This document shows positions 1 through 12,782 of a stretch of DNA of 64,000 nt, piece after piece. The notes under the pieces are model-generated. The model ran no database searches. It worked only from the letters and a program-made list of their open reading frames with translations, and had not been told where the DNA came from. Every line of letters starts with the position of its first letter. Position 1 is the stretch's first letter. This DNA comes from Octopus bimaculoides (Eukaryota). Both the position numbers and the translations under genes were made by a program. The stretch covers positions 89,547,767 to 89,611,766 of the forward strand of contig NC_068982.1 in the NCBI RefSeq assembly GCF_001194135.2, in the 5' to 3' direction.

Positions 1-258
1 ATTTCCAAAGGTCTCGGTCCGTAGTCATCGCCTCGGTGAGGCCCAATGTACGAAGGTCTTGCCTCACCACCTCAGCCCAGGTCTTCCTGGGCCTACCTCT
101 TCCACGGGTTCCCTCAACTGTTAGGGTGTGGCACTTTTTCACGCAGCTATCCTCCTCCATTCTCACCACATGTCCATACCAGCGCAATCGTCTCTCTTGC
201 ATGCCACAACTGATGCTTCTAATGTTCAGCTTTTCTCTCAAGATACTTACACTATGAC
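1..258 (-). mobile_element. RTE-clade LINE, 3' ORF fragment
   Basis: Open frame HSVSILREKLNIRSISCGMQERRLRWYGHVVRMEEDSCVKKCHTLTVEGTRGRGRPRKTWAEVVRQDLRTLGLTEAMTTDRDLWK, with typical RTE C-terminal RLRWYGHV and RGRPRKTW motifs. Confidence 0.88.
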
Positions 259-418
259 AGGCTTCTTTCAGTTTCTGTCTACCAAATCCACTCACAAGGC
301 TTTGGTCAGCCCAAGACTATCGTAGAAAACACTTGCCCAAGGTACCATGCAGTGGGACTGAAACTGGAACCATGAGGTTGTGAAGTAAGCTTCTTAACAC
401 ACAGTCACGCCTGCACCT
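258..418 (-). mobile_element. tRNA-derived SINE, family A, 5' part
   Basis: tRNA-like head followed by CCTTGGGCAAGTG and GCCTTGTGAGTGGATTTGGTAGAC; many copies in the window. Confidence 0.8.
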
Positions 419-942
419 ATGCATATGTATGTCATCATCCTTACAATTTTTCTGCTAGGTCTCCTACCAACTGGTCTTGCCTGTAAAATTTTAAATTTCA
501 AATTAAAAAATTAATTTGTACTACTTCACTTTTTGCATGACTTCTAAATTGTAATTATAGGAAATCTTTCAGGCCATTTATTCTCTTGTTTATGCAAGTG
601 TCACATTTGATTTCTCCTCTTGCCATTCATGACGTTTTTGATTCACTTCTGAGAGCATTTTTATATTTTTACATCCTGGATTCTAATCTTTTTAAGGTTA
701 TCTCATTTCTCATATCCAATTCAAATACATAGCATATTGTACGCATAACTTTTAAATTATTTTGCCTCTTGAACAGAGACTGACTCAGATGCTATTTCCA
801 TCATTGCTAAAACTGAATCTCACACAGATACTTACAGAAGCATGTAAAAGAAAATTTCAAATTTTAAAATGTATTTGTATGTGCATGTTCTTCATTGTTT
901 TTGTTATTGTTAAAAAGACAATAAAAAAGGTTGTTTGTATTT

Positions 943-951
943 AAAGGATAT
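943..951 (-). other. U12-type (minor spliceosome) 5' splice site ATATCCTTT
   Basis: Exact RTATCCTTT consensus where PLC homology requires an exon end. No good GT donor nearby. Confidence 0.8.
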
Positions 952-1090
952 GTAATCAATCCATTTGGACAGCGCCGACACAATGCTTTGGATTTGTTCT
1001 CATTCATTGATGACAGAAGGTAAGCAGGTGGCGTTTGATCTCCTCGACGTGACCTCATCATTGCAGGTGTAATGTTCAATTCCGATTTCT
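952..1090 (-). CDS. PLCE1: PLC epsilon exon, Y box (alternative in-frame acceptor at 1096)
   Basis: Acceptor tttctcttttaagttacag, phase 1 start. Translates KSELNITPAMMRSRRGDQTPPAYLLSSMNENKSKALCRRCPNGLI(T), matching the Y-box motif (YHISSLNENAAKRLCRR). Followed by ATATCCTTT, the U12 donor consensus. Confidence 0.88.
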
Positions 1091-1199
1091 CTGTAACTTA
1101 AAAGAGAAATTGCTTTCTTTTATATATATATAAATATATTTATATCCATCTCAACATATATACTTACAGTATCACACTAGTGATTGATTACACTGTGTG

Positions 1200-1470
1200 A
1201 CACAATTTTTGTCCTTGGATAGCAACTTTTATTTCCTCTTTGCTTACCCCTAGAAAGTATGGAAAATGGCTAATATTTCCTTCAAACTTTGCTTTTGTTA
1301 CATTTATTCAAACCCCAAGAAATCCTTCTCAACACATGGCTATGATGCTCCCCCACTACTCCTGCTCATGATCAGAAATACACATATTGTCAGCCACTAA
1401 GAGACATTCTCAAGTGGTTATGGTCAAGCAGCTAACAAGCAAATCTGTGGTATGGTGCAAAATATTTGCT
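1200..1470 (-). mobile_element. Partial copy of the interspersed repeat also found at 57824-58345
   Basis: Reverse complement shares GGGGGAGCATCATAGCCATGTGTTGAGA and ACCACAGATTTG with the 57.8-58.3 kb copy. Confidence 0.6.
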
Positions 1471-2755
1471 ATAACGATATTTCTACTTCAGCAACTCAGT
1501 ACTGAATATGTCTGAAATGAAATAGAAAATAGGTCGGCTTCAAAACATTGATGTTCAGGTCCCAGAAGCAAAGTTTGAAGGGAATAGTAGTCATTTCCTT
1601 TGATTTCTAGATAGAAGCAAATAGGAAAAAAACACTGACTAAAAACAAAAAAAAGTAAAATTTTGTTACACACTGCTATATAACATACATATATCTGTCA
1701 CCATCATCATTTTAACTTCTACTTTCCTATGCTCGCATGGGTCAAACAGAATTCGTTGTTAAGGCAGGTTTTCTACAGCTGGATGGCTTTCTGTTGCCAA
1801 CCGACATCTGTTTCCAAACAAGTTAGTATTTCTCCATAGCCAGACATAGTTTCACAGAAATTGGAAACAAATAGGAGAGTTTGTAGGATAGTGACACTTG
1901 TTTACAGCTATAGCATGATGTTAAGGCAAGGTGTGTGTGTGTGTGTGCGCACACACGCATGCACACACGCACACAAATAAACACACAGAGACACACATAC
2001 ACAAACACACAGAGAGAAAAGAAAGGAGATTCAGGGAATCAAACAAAGATGACTTTTAATATTCCATGGCCCCAAGTAATCTTTGTGTATTTCCTGTAAT
2101 TTATGTGCATATTATCTAGCTTGTTAATTGGTGTCACTATTACATCAGTAATTGAAATGGTCATGACTAAATTAATAAATGTGATGTTGCCATCTTGATT
2201 CCTTTGATTATTATATATCTATAATGACAAACACGAAATTCTGTCTGTCTGGGGCCCCTTGTAGCTGAGTCTACATTTGCTCTACGTGGACATATTATAC
2301 CTTTTTGGAATCAGAATGATCTTGGAATTGAAAATCTACCCTTCATTTGGATCTTGAACTACCAGCAGTGAGTTGTGATTTAAAAGCATTTAGGTTGCTA
2401 TTTCTAATAGGTAAAGCTTTGACTGATTCACACCATCTTGGTTGGCATTAGATGACACCAGAGATTAAGGGGAGATAAATAACATTCACTTTGTTAATTT
2501 TACATAGAGATAATAACTTTGGAACAAATTGGCCAACAGTTGGAATTCAAATTGGGACTGGTACAATAAAATTATTGCATTGCAGAATTTATTCACCTCT
2601 GTCCTTGACAACTGGCCAAACATCACCTGGGCATATAGTCATTACAGACATATATAGCCATGCTTCTAAGTTCCCTTTAGTTTTAGATCCCAAATCCTGA
2701 CTCCCTTCTTTTCTTAATATATAAAATCTGTATGCCACTTCAAATAATCCTTATA

Positions 2756-3392
2756 TTGGGTTGGCAACTGAGTTTCCGCAGTTTTTTTAAATTTTGGAAT
2801 TTATTGCGTTTTTAAATTTTGGAATCTATTTTTTTGGAGAATTCTATTTTTGAATAGTTTTGGAATCTATTTTGTTCTTTCTTCTAGTTAATTTTAGTTA
2901 ATTTTTGTTTATTTTCAGATCATTAAAATGGAATGTCAAGTTAAGAAAAACGTGCATTTTCGATACCTCCTTCTTTTTGCTTTTAATCAAGGTTCTAAGG
3001 TCGCAAAAGCTGTTCGTGACATTTGTGCTGTGTATGGAGAGGGTGCCATAGCTGAAAGAACCACTTGGGATTAGTATGCCAAGTTCAAAAATGGAAATTT
3101 TGACCTCAAAGACGCACCTTGTTCTGGCTGTCCAGTTGAGTTCAATGAAGAGCGATTAAATCAACTTTTGCAGGAAAATTCTCATCAAATGACAAGGGAA
3201 CTGGCAGAGAAAATGGAATGTTCCCACACTGCTATAGAGAAGCATCTTCACTCGATGGGAAAGGTTCAGAAGTGTGGAGCATGGGTTCCACATGCTTTAA
3301 GTGACAACAAAAATCAACAAGCCACAATCTCTGCTGGACTGCTTGCTCGTCACTGCTCAACTCATGGACACAAGCAACAGTTTCTTCACTAT
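2756..3392 (+). mobile_element. Truncated mariner transposon (left TIR and 5' transposase pseudogene)
   Basis: TA followed by TTGGGTTGGCAACTGAG TIR. ORF from ATG 2928 reads MECQVKKNVHFRYLLLFAFNQGSK...FKNGNFDLKD...GAWVPHAL (WVPHEL motif) with an in-frame TAG, and breaks off before the DD34D domain. Confidence 0.9.
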
Positions 3393-3804
3393 CATACAAG
3401 CTGTATCATACATTCATGCATGTCAGGCCATGGGGAAATATTGTCTTGCTTGGAAATATGTGGGGGTTGGTGACAGGAATGGCACCCAGATATAGAAGAA
3501 TTACCTCAATAAATTCATCCATCCTTGCAAACATACAAAAGTGGATGTTAAAATAACAATGATGTATTCATTTATTTACTCTTTAGCATTTAAACTGGCC
3601 ATATCTGGCCCAAACCTGTTTCATGTACAGACTGTTCATATTCAACCTCACACACCTACCATACAATGTCATACTAAAAATAAACAAGTACACCATCTAA
3701 ATCTCAACACAATATGATAATGCATGCATTTCTATATTTAAGAGATGAGGAATTATGTACATTATTTACATTTGATGGATATTTGTCTTCATCTTGTCTG
3801 TTGT

Positions 3805-3850
3805 AAACAAACTTTTCAGCTGATATACCCTCCAGCTTTCATCAGGTGTC
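3805..3850 (-). ncRNA. Degenerate hammerhead-like motif in the left SINE arm
   Basis: GACAC-CTGATGA-A-AGCTG...CAGCT-GAAA-AGTT: stem II still pairs (A-U replaces G-C); stem III palindrome is lost. Confidence 0.4.
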
Positions 3851-4096
3851 TTGGGGGAAATTTCGAACCTGGGTTCTCGTTCCTATGGTATTTTTCGATG
3901 TCGTCATCGTCGCCCCCTCCTCCTTCTCCTCCTCCTCCTCCTCCTCCTCCTCATCATTATTCAGGTCACTGCCTGGAATTGAACTCAGAATCTTGGGGTT
4001 AGTAGCCCGCGCTCTTAACCAGCACAGGCATATGGTATAGTGGTTAAGAGCATGGGCAACTAACCCCAAGATTCCAAGTTCGATTCCAAGCAGTGG

Positions 4097-4155
<59 letters not shown>

Positions 4156-4202
4156 TTGAAAAATACCTTAGGAATGAGAACCCAGGTTCAAAATTTCCCC
4201 AA

Positions 4203-4248
4203 AACACCTGATGAAGGCTGGAGGGTATATCAGCCGAAACGTTGTGTT
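4203..4248 (+). ncRNA. Minimal type I hammerhead-ribozyme-like motif (Penelope-like style)
   Basis: AACAC-CTGATGA-A-GGCTG(10-nt loop)CAGCC-GAAA-CGT-T-GTGTT: 5-bp stem I, 5-bp stem II, palindromic ACGT stem III, GUU site. One extra A after the core. Confidence 0.65.
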
Positions 4249-4770
4249 AACAACAAACAAACAAGATGAGGACAAATATCTGTCAAATGTAAATAATGTA
4301 AATAATGTAAATAATGTATGATAATGCATGGTTAATTCAAAACAATGTGAATAAGTAAGTATTGCATTCGACAGGCTAAAGGGCAATTAAATGCTAAAGG
4401 GTAAAAGGCAATTAAAAGGGTTGACATCAAGGAGATTTGTGAAGTCTAGTCCAAGCAATTGCTACAGGAAAAAGCAGATGCATGGACAACGTTATAATAA
4501 TAATAATAATAATCCTTTCTACTAAAGGCACAAGGTCTGAAATATGTGAGGAGTGGACAAGTTGATTACATTAACCTCAGTGTTTCACTGGCACTTAATT
4601 AATCGACCCCAAAAGGATGAAAGAACAAAGTCGACCTTGGCACAATTTGAACTCAAAATGTAAAGACAGACAAAATGCTGCTAAGCATTTTTCCCAGCAT
4701 GCTAATGATTCTGCCAGTTCACCGCCTCAATAATATTATTATTACTATTATTATTATTACTATTATTATT

Positions 4771-4816
<46 letters not shown>

Positions 4817-7800
4817 GAAATAACGATAACAACAATGACAACAATCATATAAAGGGGGATTAGAACCAATTCCTGATGTTATGTAAATGTAGGTGTGCAT
4901 TTGCATGTGCTGTTTCTGTAGTTGAATGCCAAGTGAAATTATATTATTTCGATCCCAATTGTATTCCTATGTCATCATTAAGGAAGCTTTATTCCTTCTA
5001 CAAGAGCTCTGAATATAAACTAATTAATTACGTTCAAGATCATAGCTATAGGAAAAACTACCAATAATTCAATAATTACATCAACAGTGCATCATGAGGC
5101 ATATCATTAATGAAATAAAAGGAGTGGGGATGCAAAATAACATAAGAATTAAAACTTAAGATTATTCAAGGGCAATTTCAGCAAATCTTATCCCATTGTA
5201 GAAATAGTATATCTGATTGTTCTCAGGTTGTGTGTACATCAAACCCAGGAAGAAAATGAAACCACAATTGATAAAGTAAATGCTTTAGATTTGACTTATT
5301 GATAAGAGAGTTAATGAAGAATGGCAGAGATAAACAGAAGATGTACCTAAGGCTTGTTGGCAGTAGAATTTCAGTGAAGGGTTGTTGCTACTGCCACTCA
5401 GTTCAAGATCAATAATGATCAAGCAGACTTATATTCAAAAGAGCTCCAGCCATGACCACCTCATCTTGTGAAGACAACATTATCTAATGTGTTCATTCTA
5501 TATTTTTAGATTGTAGGAAATTTGGCTCCTATTTCTAGCATGTTGACCAATCTCATAAAGTCTCCTTCCTTATAAGCGGTAGTGATAGCTATAGTGGTTT
5601 AACCCCAGGTAAGCCTATATTGAGCAAAGCTGCGATCCAATCAATGAGATAGCAATTGTGACTATCCTGTATTTTTTGGGCCATAGCATATCTAGGACTA
5701 CATTATCCAATGTACTTCATTTTCCAAAACAGCAGGATATGATTAGGGAAATTTGTCAAGCAGAAGTTTTCTCTTATACTTCAGTAATGTTGCTGCTGTT
5801 GTTTAATTCCAGATCAGTTCTCATGAAGTGGACCCATGCTCTGGATTTGACTATTGCATCCTCCTTTTTAAGATATAATGTATTCTTGGACAATTTATCC
5901 AATGAAATATTTTATTTATTAAGATGACAGCAATTCTCATTTCGAAGGAGATTTTGCAGCTGTTTCTAACATGTCAAGTAGCCATACGCAGGTTTCCTAG
6001 TTGGTTTGTTGTTGTTGTTGTTGTTGTTGGTAGTGGTGGTGGTGCAGTTAAAATGAGACCTAAAATCTCATAAGTTGTTGGTCTACCACTAAGCATGCCA
6101 CCTTCATACAACATAGCTTAGGGAAGCCAACAAACTAAAGTCCATTCTTCTATAAGCTATGGAATGCTTACAAACTTTACATTAATCACTGTTACTGTTC
6201 TTTCAATTCCTTCATACCTATATACAAATAGCTAGAAAGAACTTGCCAGAAGAGTTAAGTATCATTTATGTAAACACAGAACCATGGTTGTGATTCCATT
6301 AGCATTTCAGTTCAAAGTTCATCATATCAGTTGCAGTTCTCAGCATATTTCATAAAAAATTTTACTAGAACCAAATCTCTATTTACAAACGGTATGTCTT
6401 AAAAATGAAGATGCCTTGTTTTAAGTTCTAAACCATAGGACAGTAAGCTTCTAAATAAAAAGGGATGGAGATGGATTGGAATAAATAGTTAATTCAGTTT
6501 TCAATCTGTTGTGATTCTGCAATCTTTAAAAGTTGATGTGTCATGTGATGAATGAATAGTCTTCTTTATTTAAGTTAGATATTATGTTGTAGTATTATTT
6601 GCTGATTAGAGTGTTTATTAGAAATTACTATAAGAGGTTCATATACAACAAAAGCTTTATTCAATGAATGATACAGCTCAGCATCAAGCTTAGGTAAGGG
6701 AGAGCACTCACCCATCATATGATACATCAAGACTTAAAAGAGCTTATAATTTGTGTGTATCTTTTGGATTATAATGTCCATGTTTCCAAGGTGTATGTTG
6801 TGATAAAGAGAGTAAGGGCATTGTACAGTAGAACTTCCAGTCATTGGCTGATAATCCACTTTTCCAGATCATGTTTATTTGTATTTCAAATGCTGTAGAT
6901 GCCAGTGTGACCGATCTTTTCACATTTTCTGAACCAAGTAAAAAAATTCTGTGACATGTTCTACATCACAATTATCCAATGTGATCATTTCTTTGCTACA
7001 TGACACGATCTTGTACTAAAGCATTTTTTTTTTCATTCTTTATATTTTTTATGCTTCAAGTAACTGTTTAATGGATATTTTCAATTTGTCAAAGCCAATG
7101 CTCCCTTTAAGCTGTGCACTTGCACATGTACACAAATTTTACAACTAACACACAAAGGAAAAAAAAAATGTGTACATGCAAGGTTTCCAAGATGAAATTA
7201 AATTTTTTTAATTGAAGAAATTAATCATCTAATTTCATGATAAATTAAAAAATTGTGTGCATTTGTTTAGATGGTCAATGTGACATTTGAGTGATGGTTT
7301 GAGTGCATGGATGCACATATACTTTGCAATAAAAGACAATGAACACAAAGCGAATCTCTGTACACACCAACAACAAAGATTTAGAGTGAACATTGGTCAA
7401 CAACCATGAACATTAGGGTTGTGTCATCAGTTTACCTCGTGTCTATTGAGTTAATTAGTTAGGCCCTCTGTCAAGTGCCAGGCCCCAAAATATCCATCAC
7501 ACCAACTGCAGTGAAGTTAAAAATGTTAATGTATTTTTGACTGGCTAATATGGGTCTTCCATAATGCAATTGTTAAACACACACACACACACACACACAC
7601 ACGCATGTTAGGAAGGGCATCCAGCTGTTAAAACTGTAGCAAAACAGACCCAGAAGTATGGTGCAGGCTTCTGCCTGACTAGCTCCTGTCAAACTGTCCA
7701 ACCCATGCCAGCATGGAAAGAGGGCGTAAAATGATGATTATGAGGATATGATGAGGATGATGATGATATATATATATATGTACATATATATACATAGATA

Positions 7801-9589
7801 TATATATATATACATACACACAGACACACACACACACACGTGTGTGTATATATATATATATATATATAGATATATATATGTATGTATATATATGTATATA
7901 TATTGTATATAAGTATAGGGTAATTAGTTACCTGTGCTCATGCTTGCTGAAGAACCAGGAGATCCACTGTGACTGGAAGATAGAATGCCTTTTTTTGATG
8001 ATATTTTTTTTTGTTTTACGGACGTACTTGGACTCACTGATAAACCTGAAAAATATTCAGGAAAGCATTGTAAAGAATTTATGAATAAATTTTATAAATC
8101 AATTATAATAAAGAAAAAGAAAAAAACAAAACATTTGCTGCTTAAAATGTCATTAATGTATATGATGAATTTTTTGTATTTCCTAGTTGTTTGACCTGTT
8201 CGATTGTGGACTAAAGTCTCATTTAAGTTCCTTACTGTCTTTAACATGGATGTCGTATGTTTGTAGATCAAGATAGCACACCTCTGACTCCACTTTGAAT
8301 AACAAAAATCAAGACATTGACCCTTATCATATTATAAGAGCTTTGTGAAGGACATAGATAATTTCATGTAGGACTCAATATATGTAGTATCAGATTTAAA
8401 GAAGCTGCTGATCTTGCTCCAGATTGTGACCAGTAATGAAAGTAGTATGACCAGTTTTGAGTATGGATTTTTCCCCTCACCACTACCTTTATTATTGAAA
8501 TGGAACAGGGTAGCAAAGAAGATCACACATTCCTTAAATTTAAGATAACTTACTTGTAGTTAAATTAATATATGGCCAGAAGTTGATGTCAGAGGAATAT
8601 TTCAATTTATGAGTTGCATTTCTGTTTCTTGGGTCTGCTCAAGCAGAGCTAACTGGGTTTATTAACAACAATTTTTCTGGGTTTATTAACCTAGACAAAT
8701 TTGTTGTTACTAAACCCAGTTATGTATTTATAAGCAGTATGTATTTATAAGCAATATGTGTTTATAAGTAAAGGCAGGTCTGTTTGATTATAAACTTTGC
8801 TTCCCAATCACATGATTTCAGGTTCATTCCCACTTTGTCAAGTGTTTTCTGCTACAGCCCTAGGTCAACCAAAGCCTTATTAGTGAATTTGGTAGACAGA
8901 AATTGAAAGAGGTCCTTTGTGTATATCATCATTGCTTTCATCATTTTAATGTCCATTTTACCCATGGAATATGTTGAGGTGGATTTTCTGTGGCTAACCC
9001 TAACCTGTTTCTAAGCAAAGTAATATTTCTCCATGACCAAACATATTTTCAAATAAAGGATACTGCTTGCAAGACAGTGACATGTGCTAACAGCTACAAT
9101 ATGACGTCAAGGCAGTGTGATGGTAACATGCACACGTACACACATGCACATGCGCACGCTCATACATGTACACTCAGGCCTTCTTTTAGTTTCCATCTAC
9201 TAATCCACTTGAGACTTCAGTCAACCCAGAACTATACTAACTTAAGACACTTGCCCAACATGCTACCCAATGGGACTGAACCTGAAACCATATGGTTGGG
9301 AAGTGTAACTTCTTACTACACAGCTACGTTTCTTATGTCAACAACATACAATCCTCACTGGCAAGAATAAAGTTTCTAAAATGGATCGAAAAATTTGAAA
9401 TATTGCTTTGACAAGTACTTGTTTGTTTTTATAGTTGTTTAGCCCTGAGTCAGCTACGTCTGAATGAACCTTGGATCAAAGGCATTCAAGCTATCATCAT
9501 TCCGGGTTTCATTTAAGATGTGGTACAATGCATACAGAGCTTATTTATCCAGGTTACATATGTCTCTTCTTTTGAAGGTGGTATAGATA

Positions 9590-9820
9590 GATTTAATGTT
9601 TTAACATTCAGATTACTTTGTCGAAAGTAATCCTTATTTATTCACATTTAAGAAAATTAATCTGGTATTATCTTGTAGCTTCAAGATTCTGAAGATATAA
9701 TTGTTAACTTTTAGAATGACATTGCAGGGTGGGTGTGAGATGCTGGTTCTGGCCAGTTTGAACATAAAACGGGTAGAATATTTGGGCTGGATATAACCAA
9801 TTTAAACACCAAAGAGTTAA
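9590..9820. mobile_element. piggyBac-like MITE, same family as 3579-4401, opposite orientation
   Basis: Ends in AAAGAG-TTAA; the internal sequence matches the reverse complement of the 3579-3720 and 4330-4401 segments. Confidence 0.5.
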
Positions 9821-11941
9821 GTGAGATTTGGCTGGTATTTCTAGCAGTTTGAGCAGCCACGTAGCACTCTCTTCTGATTCAAATGAAAAATAAAGTTGCT
9901 TCTAACAGCATTTGAATTCAGGGGTTTTGAATATTGGCTCTAATTAAATATCCTAAGGCAATTTATCTGCCATTCTATAAATGATGACAATTTGTCATCC
10001 TCAGCATCATTATTAGCATTTTTAGGCATCTTTCCATGCTGGCAGGTGTAGAACAGTTTGTTATGGTTTCCTTCTCAAAGACTTGTTTCACTTTTGGCTT
10101 GGTTTCTCCAGATGGATGCTTTTCACCAACTACTTATCACCAATTTATAGGGTAATGAACGCCTACAAAAATTGACATTAGATAATATAGATTGTAAAAT
10201 AAAAAGGCAGGATGGTCATAGTTGAAATGTCTTAGATCTTAGGTTTGCTTGTTCTGGGCTGAGCTGGCACAAGAAGAACAAGAATACCTTCCAATCTGAT
10301 TTCTGCAGATTTCGATCATCACAAACTTATATGCTCATTTCCCCAACACCTACTTGGATTGCAGTACTGAATTCCCACTTAGTGATTCTTCTTATTCAGA
10401 GTTATCTTCCATATTTACAGAAAAGATTAAAATAATTTTGATACAGGCTACAACACCAGAAATTTGTAAGAGAGGTTAGTCGTTTAAATCATCCCCAGTA
10501 CTTCACTGCTTCTTTGTTTATTTGACACTAGAGAAATGAAAAGCAAAGTTGATCTCAGCAAGATTTGAACATAAAAATGCTGAATAAATACTGCAAGTGC
10601 AAGGCATCATGTCTGATGCTTTAATGATTTTGTCAGAATAATATCAGACATGGAGCTAATATTGTCTTTTCCTCACCACATCAGTACTTTTAATTAGATT
10701 TTTGAAACTGCATTAAATATGTTCACCCCTAATTAACTATTGATTGCAATAACTATTCTAATTAACTCTAATAATTACAGTTTAGTGTCATTGAGCTGAG
10801 TTAACTTTCAACATAAACAATCCATCATGTTATGTTTGATTGAATGTTTAGATGACAAAACAATAGTTTGGTCATTGAAATATCAGAGCAGAGACATGGC
10901 ATACAGGAAACAAGATGAAAGGGGCTGACTACAAGAATGATTATGGTATGGCTAAAGAGAGGAGTCTCATGTTTCAGTGAAGAAAGGCCAAACAGGAAAT
11001 CTAGCAGCAATATTAAGAGCAAAGAGATGAAAGATGAGATGAGAGAAAGAGAGAGCAATAAAAGTGGTATTGAGAGAGAAAACATGAGGCCGTTATATAG
11101 GCAGAAATGCAAAATGAAGAGGGAGAGAGAGATAGTGAAAGATAGAGAGAGCTAGTGATAAAGGCACTGAGAACAAAAAGATGAAACAACTGTATGTATG
11201 CATATATATATATATATATATACAGAGAGAGAGAGAGAGAGTGAAGAAATACTAGAAAAAAAAAATGAAGAAATAATGAGAGAAAATAAAAAAGATGAGT
11301 GAGGAACGGAAAAGAAACTGAATGTAAAGGGAAAAATTTAAGGAATAAATAGAGATGTTAATAGGTGAGAGTGTGAGTGAGGGAAAAAGAAAAGCAAAAA
11401 TAGGAAGAAGAGAGAAAAATTGAAGGAGAAGAGAAAGATTGAAGGAAAGTGAGAGAAAGAGTAAAAAATAACAGGAGAAAAAATATTAAAGTTTAATGAA
11501 GCAATTGACAGATAGAGATCAGTTCAAAAAGACAAATAGATAATCACATACGCATACACGCAACACATATACTTGCATATTAAATTACACATACACACAT
11601 ATATTAAGAGACATGCACACATATGCATACTCTTACACACATACACAAAGACAAATCTAATTATCTATTGATTAGGGCAAACAGATGAAAGAAAGGAAAA
11701 CAAAAGAAATAATAGGGAGTGGTGGTGGTGGTGATGGGCTCACATTAAACACTTCTGTAGGGAAAGATTGTATTCACTAATACATGTCATACTGACAACC
11801 AACAATGTAGAGACAGGAACAGGCATAGTTCTGTCTGTTAGTCCATCCATCTTTCTAACCAGCTGGCCTTCACTCTTGCTTTTCAGTCTAGCCATGCATT
11901 TGTCTTTCTGTCTACCTCCCTCCCTCCCTCCCTACCTACCA

Positions 11942-12782
11942 NNNNNNNNNNNNNNNNNNNNNNNNNNNNNNNNNNNNNNNNNNNNNNNNNNNNNNNNNNN
12001 NNNNNNNNNNNNNNNNNNNNNNNNNNNNNNNNNNNNNNNNNNNNNNNNNNNNNNNNNNNNNNNNNNNNNNNNNNNNNNNNNNNNNNNNNNNNNNNNNNNN
12101 NNNNNNNNNNNNNNNNNNNNNNNNNNNNNNNNNNNNNNNNNNNNNNNNNNNNNNNNNNNNNNNNNNNNNNNNNNNNNNNNNNNNNNNNNNNNNNNNNNNN
12201 NNNNNNNNNNNNNNNNNNNNNNNNNNNNNNNNNNNNNNNNNNNNNNNNNNNNNNNNNNNNNNNNNNNNNNNNNNNNNNNNNNNNNNNNNNNNNNNNNNNN
12301 NNNNNNNNNNNNNNNNNNNNNNNNNNNNNNNNNNNNNNNNNNNNNNNNNNNNNNNNNNNNNNNNNNNNNNNNNNNNNNNNNNNNNNNNNNNNNNNNNNNN
12401 NNNNNNNNNNNNNNNNNNNNNNNNNNNNNNNNNNNNNNNNNNNNNNNNNNNNNNNNNNNNNNNNNNNNNNNNNNNNNNNNNNNNNNNNNNNNNNNNNNNN
12501 NNNNNNNNNNNNNNNNNNNNNNNNNNNNNNNNNNNNNNNNNNNNNNNNNNNNNNNNNNNNNNNNNNNNNNNNNNNNNNNNNNNNNNNNNNNNNNNNNNNN
12601 NNNNNNNNNNNNNNNNNNNNNNNNNNNNNNNNNNNNNNNNNNNNNNNNNNNNNNNNNNNNNNNNNNNNNNNNNNNNNNNNNNNNNNNNNNNNNNNNNNNN
12701 NNNNNNNNNNNNNNNNNNNNNNNNNNNNNNNNNNNNNNNNNNNNNNNNNNNNNNNNNNNNNNNNNNNNNNNNNNNNNNNNNN
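11942..12782. other. Assembly gap (N run)
   Basis: 841 N. Confidence 1.

Larger units (their letters stand above)
3727..4316. mobile_element. Head-to-head inverted pair of a tRNA-headed SINE with hammerhead-like tail
   Basis: Arms 3727-4021 and 4041-4316 are reverse complements apart from the microsatellite. A box TGGTATAGTGG and B box GTTCGATTCC are present. Flanked by the direct repeat TATGATAATGCATG (3713-3726, 4317-4330). Confidence 0.85.
3579..4401. mobile_element. piggyBac-like MITE interrupted by a fold-back SINE insertion
   Basis: TIRs CTCTTTAGCATTTAA (3579) and TTAAATGCTAAAGGG (4387-4401); flanks TTTA and TAAA are each one change from TTAA. A related copy lies at 9590-9820. Confidence 0.65.

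Noticed and set aside
4026-4100. Apparent tRNA gene (A and B boxes, ACT anticodon loop in the left copy)
   Set aside because: No acceptor stem, and it continues into a repeat body, so it is a SINE head. The same applies to the other tRNA-like heads.
8332-8526. Minus-strand ORF as a candidate PLC Y-insert exon
   Set aside because: No PLC similarity and no convincing phase-compatible splice sites.
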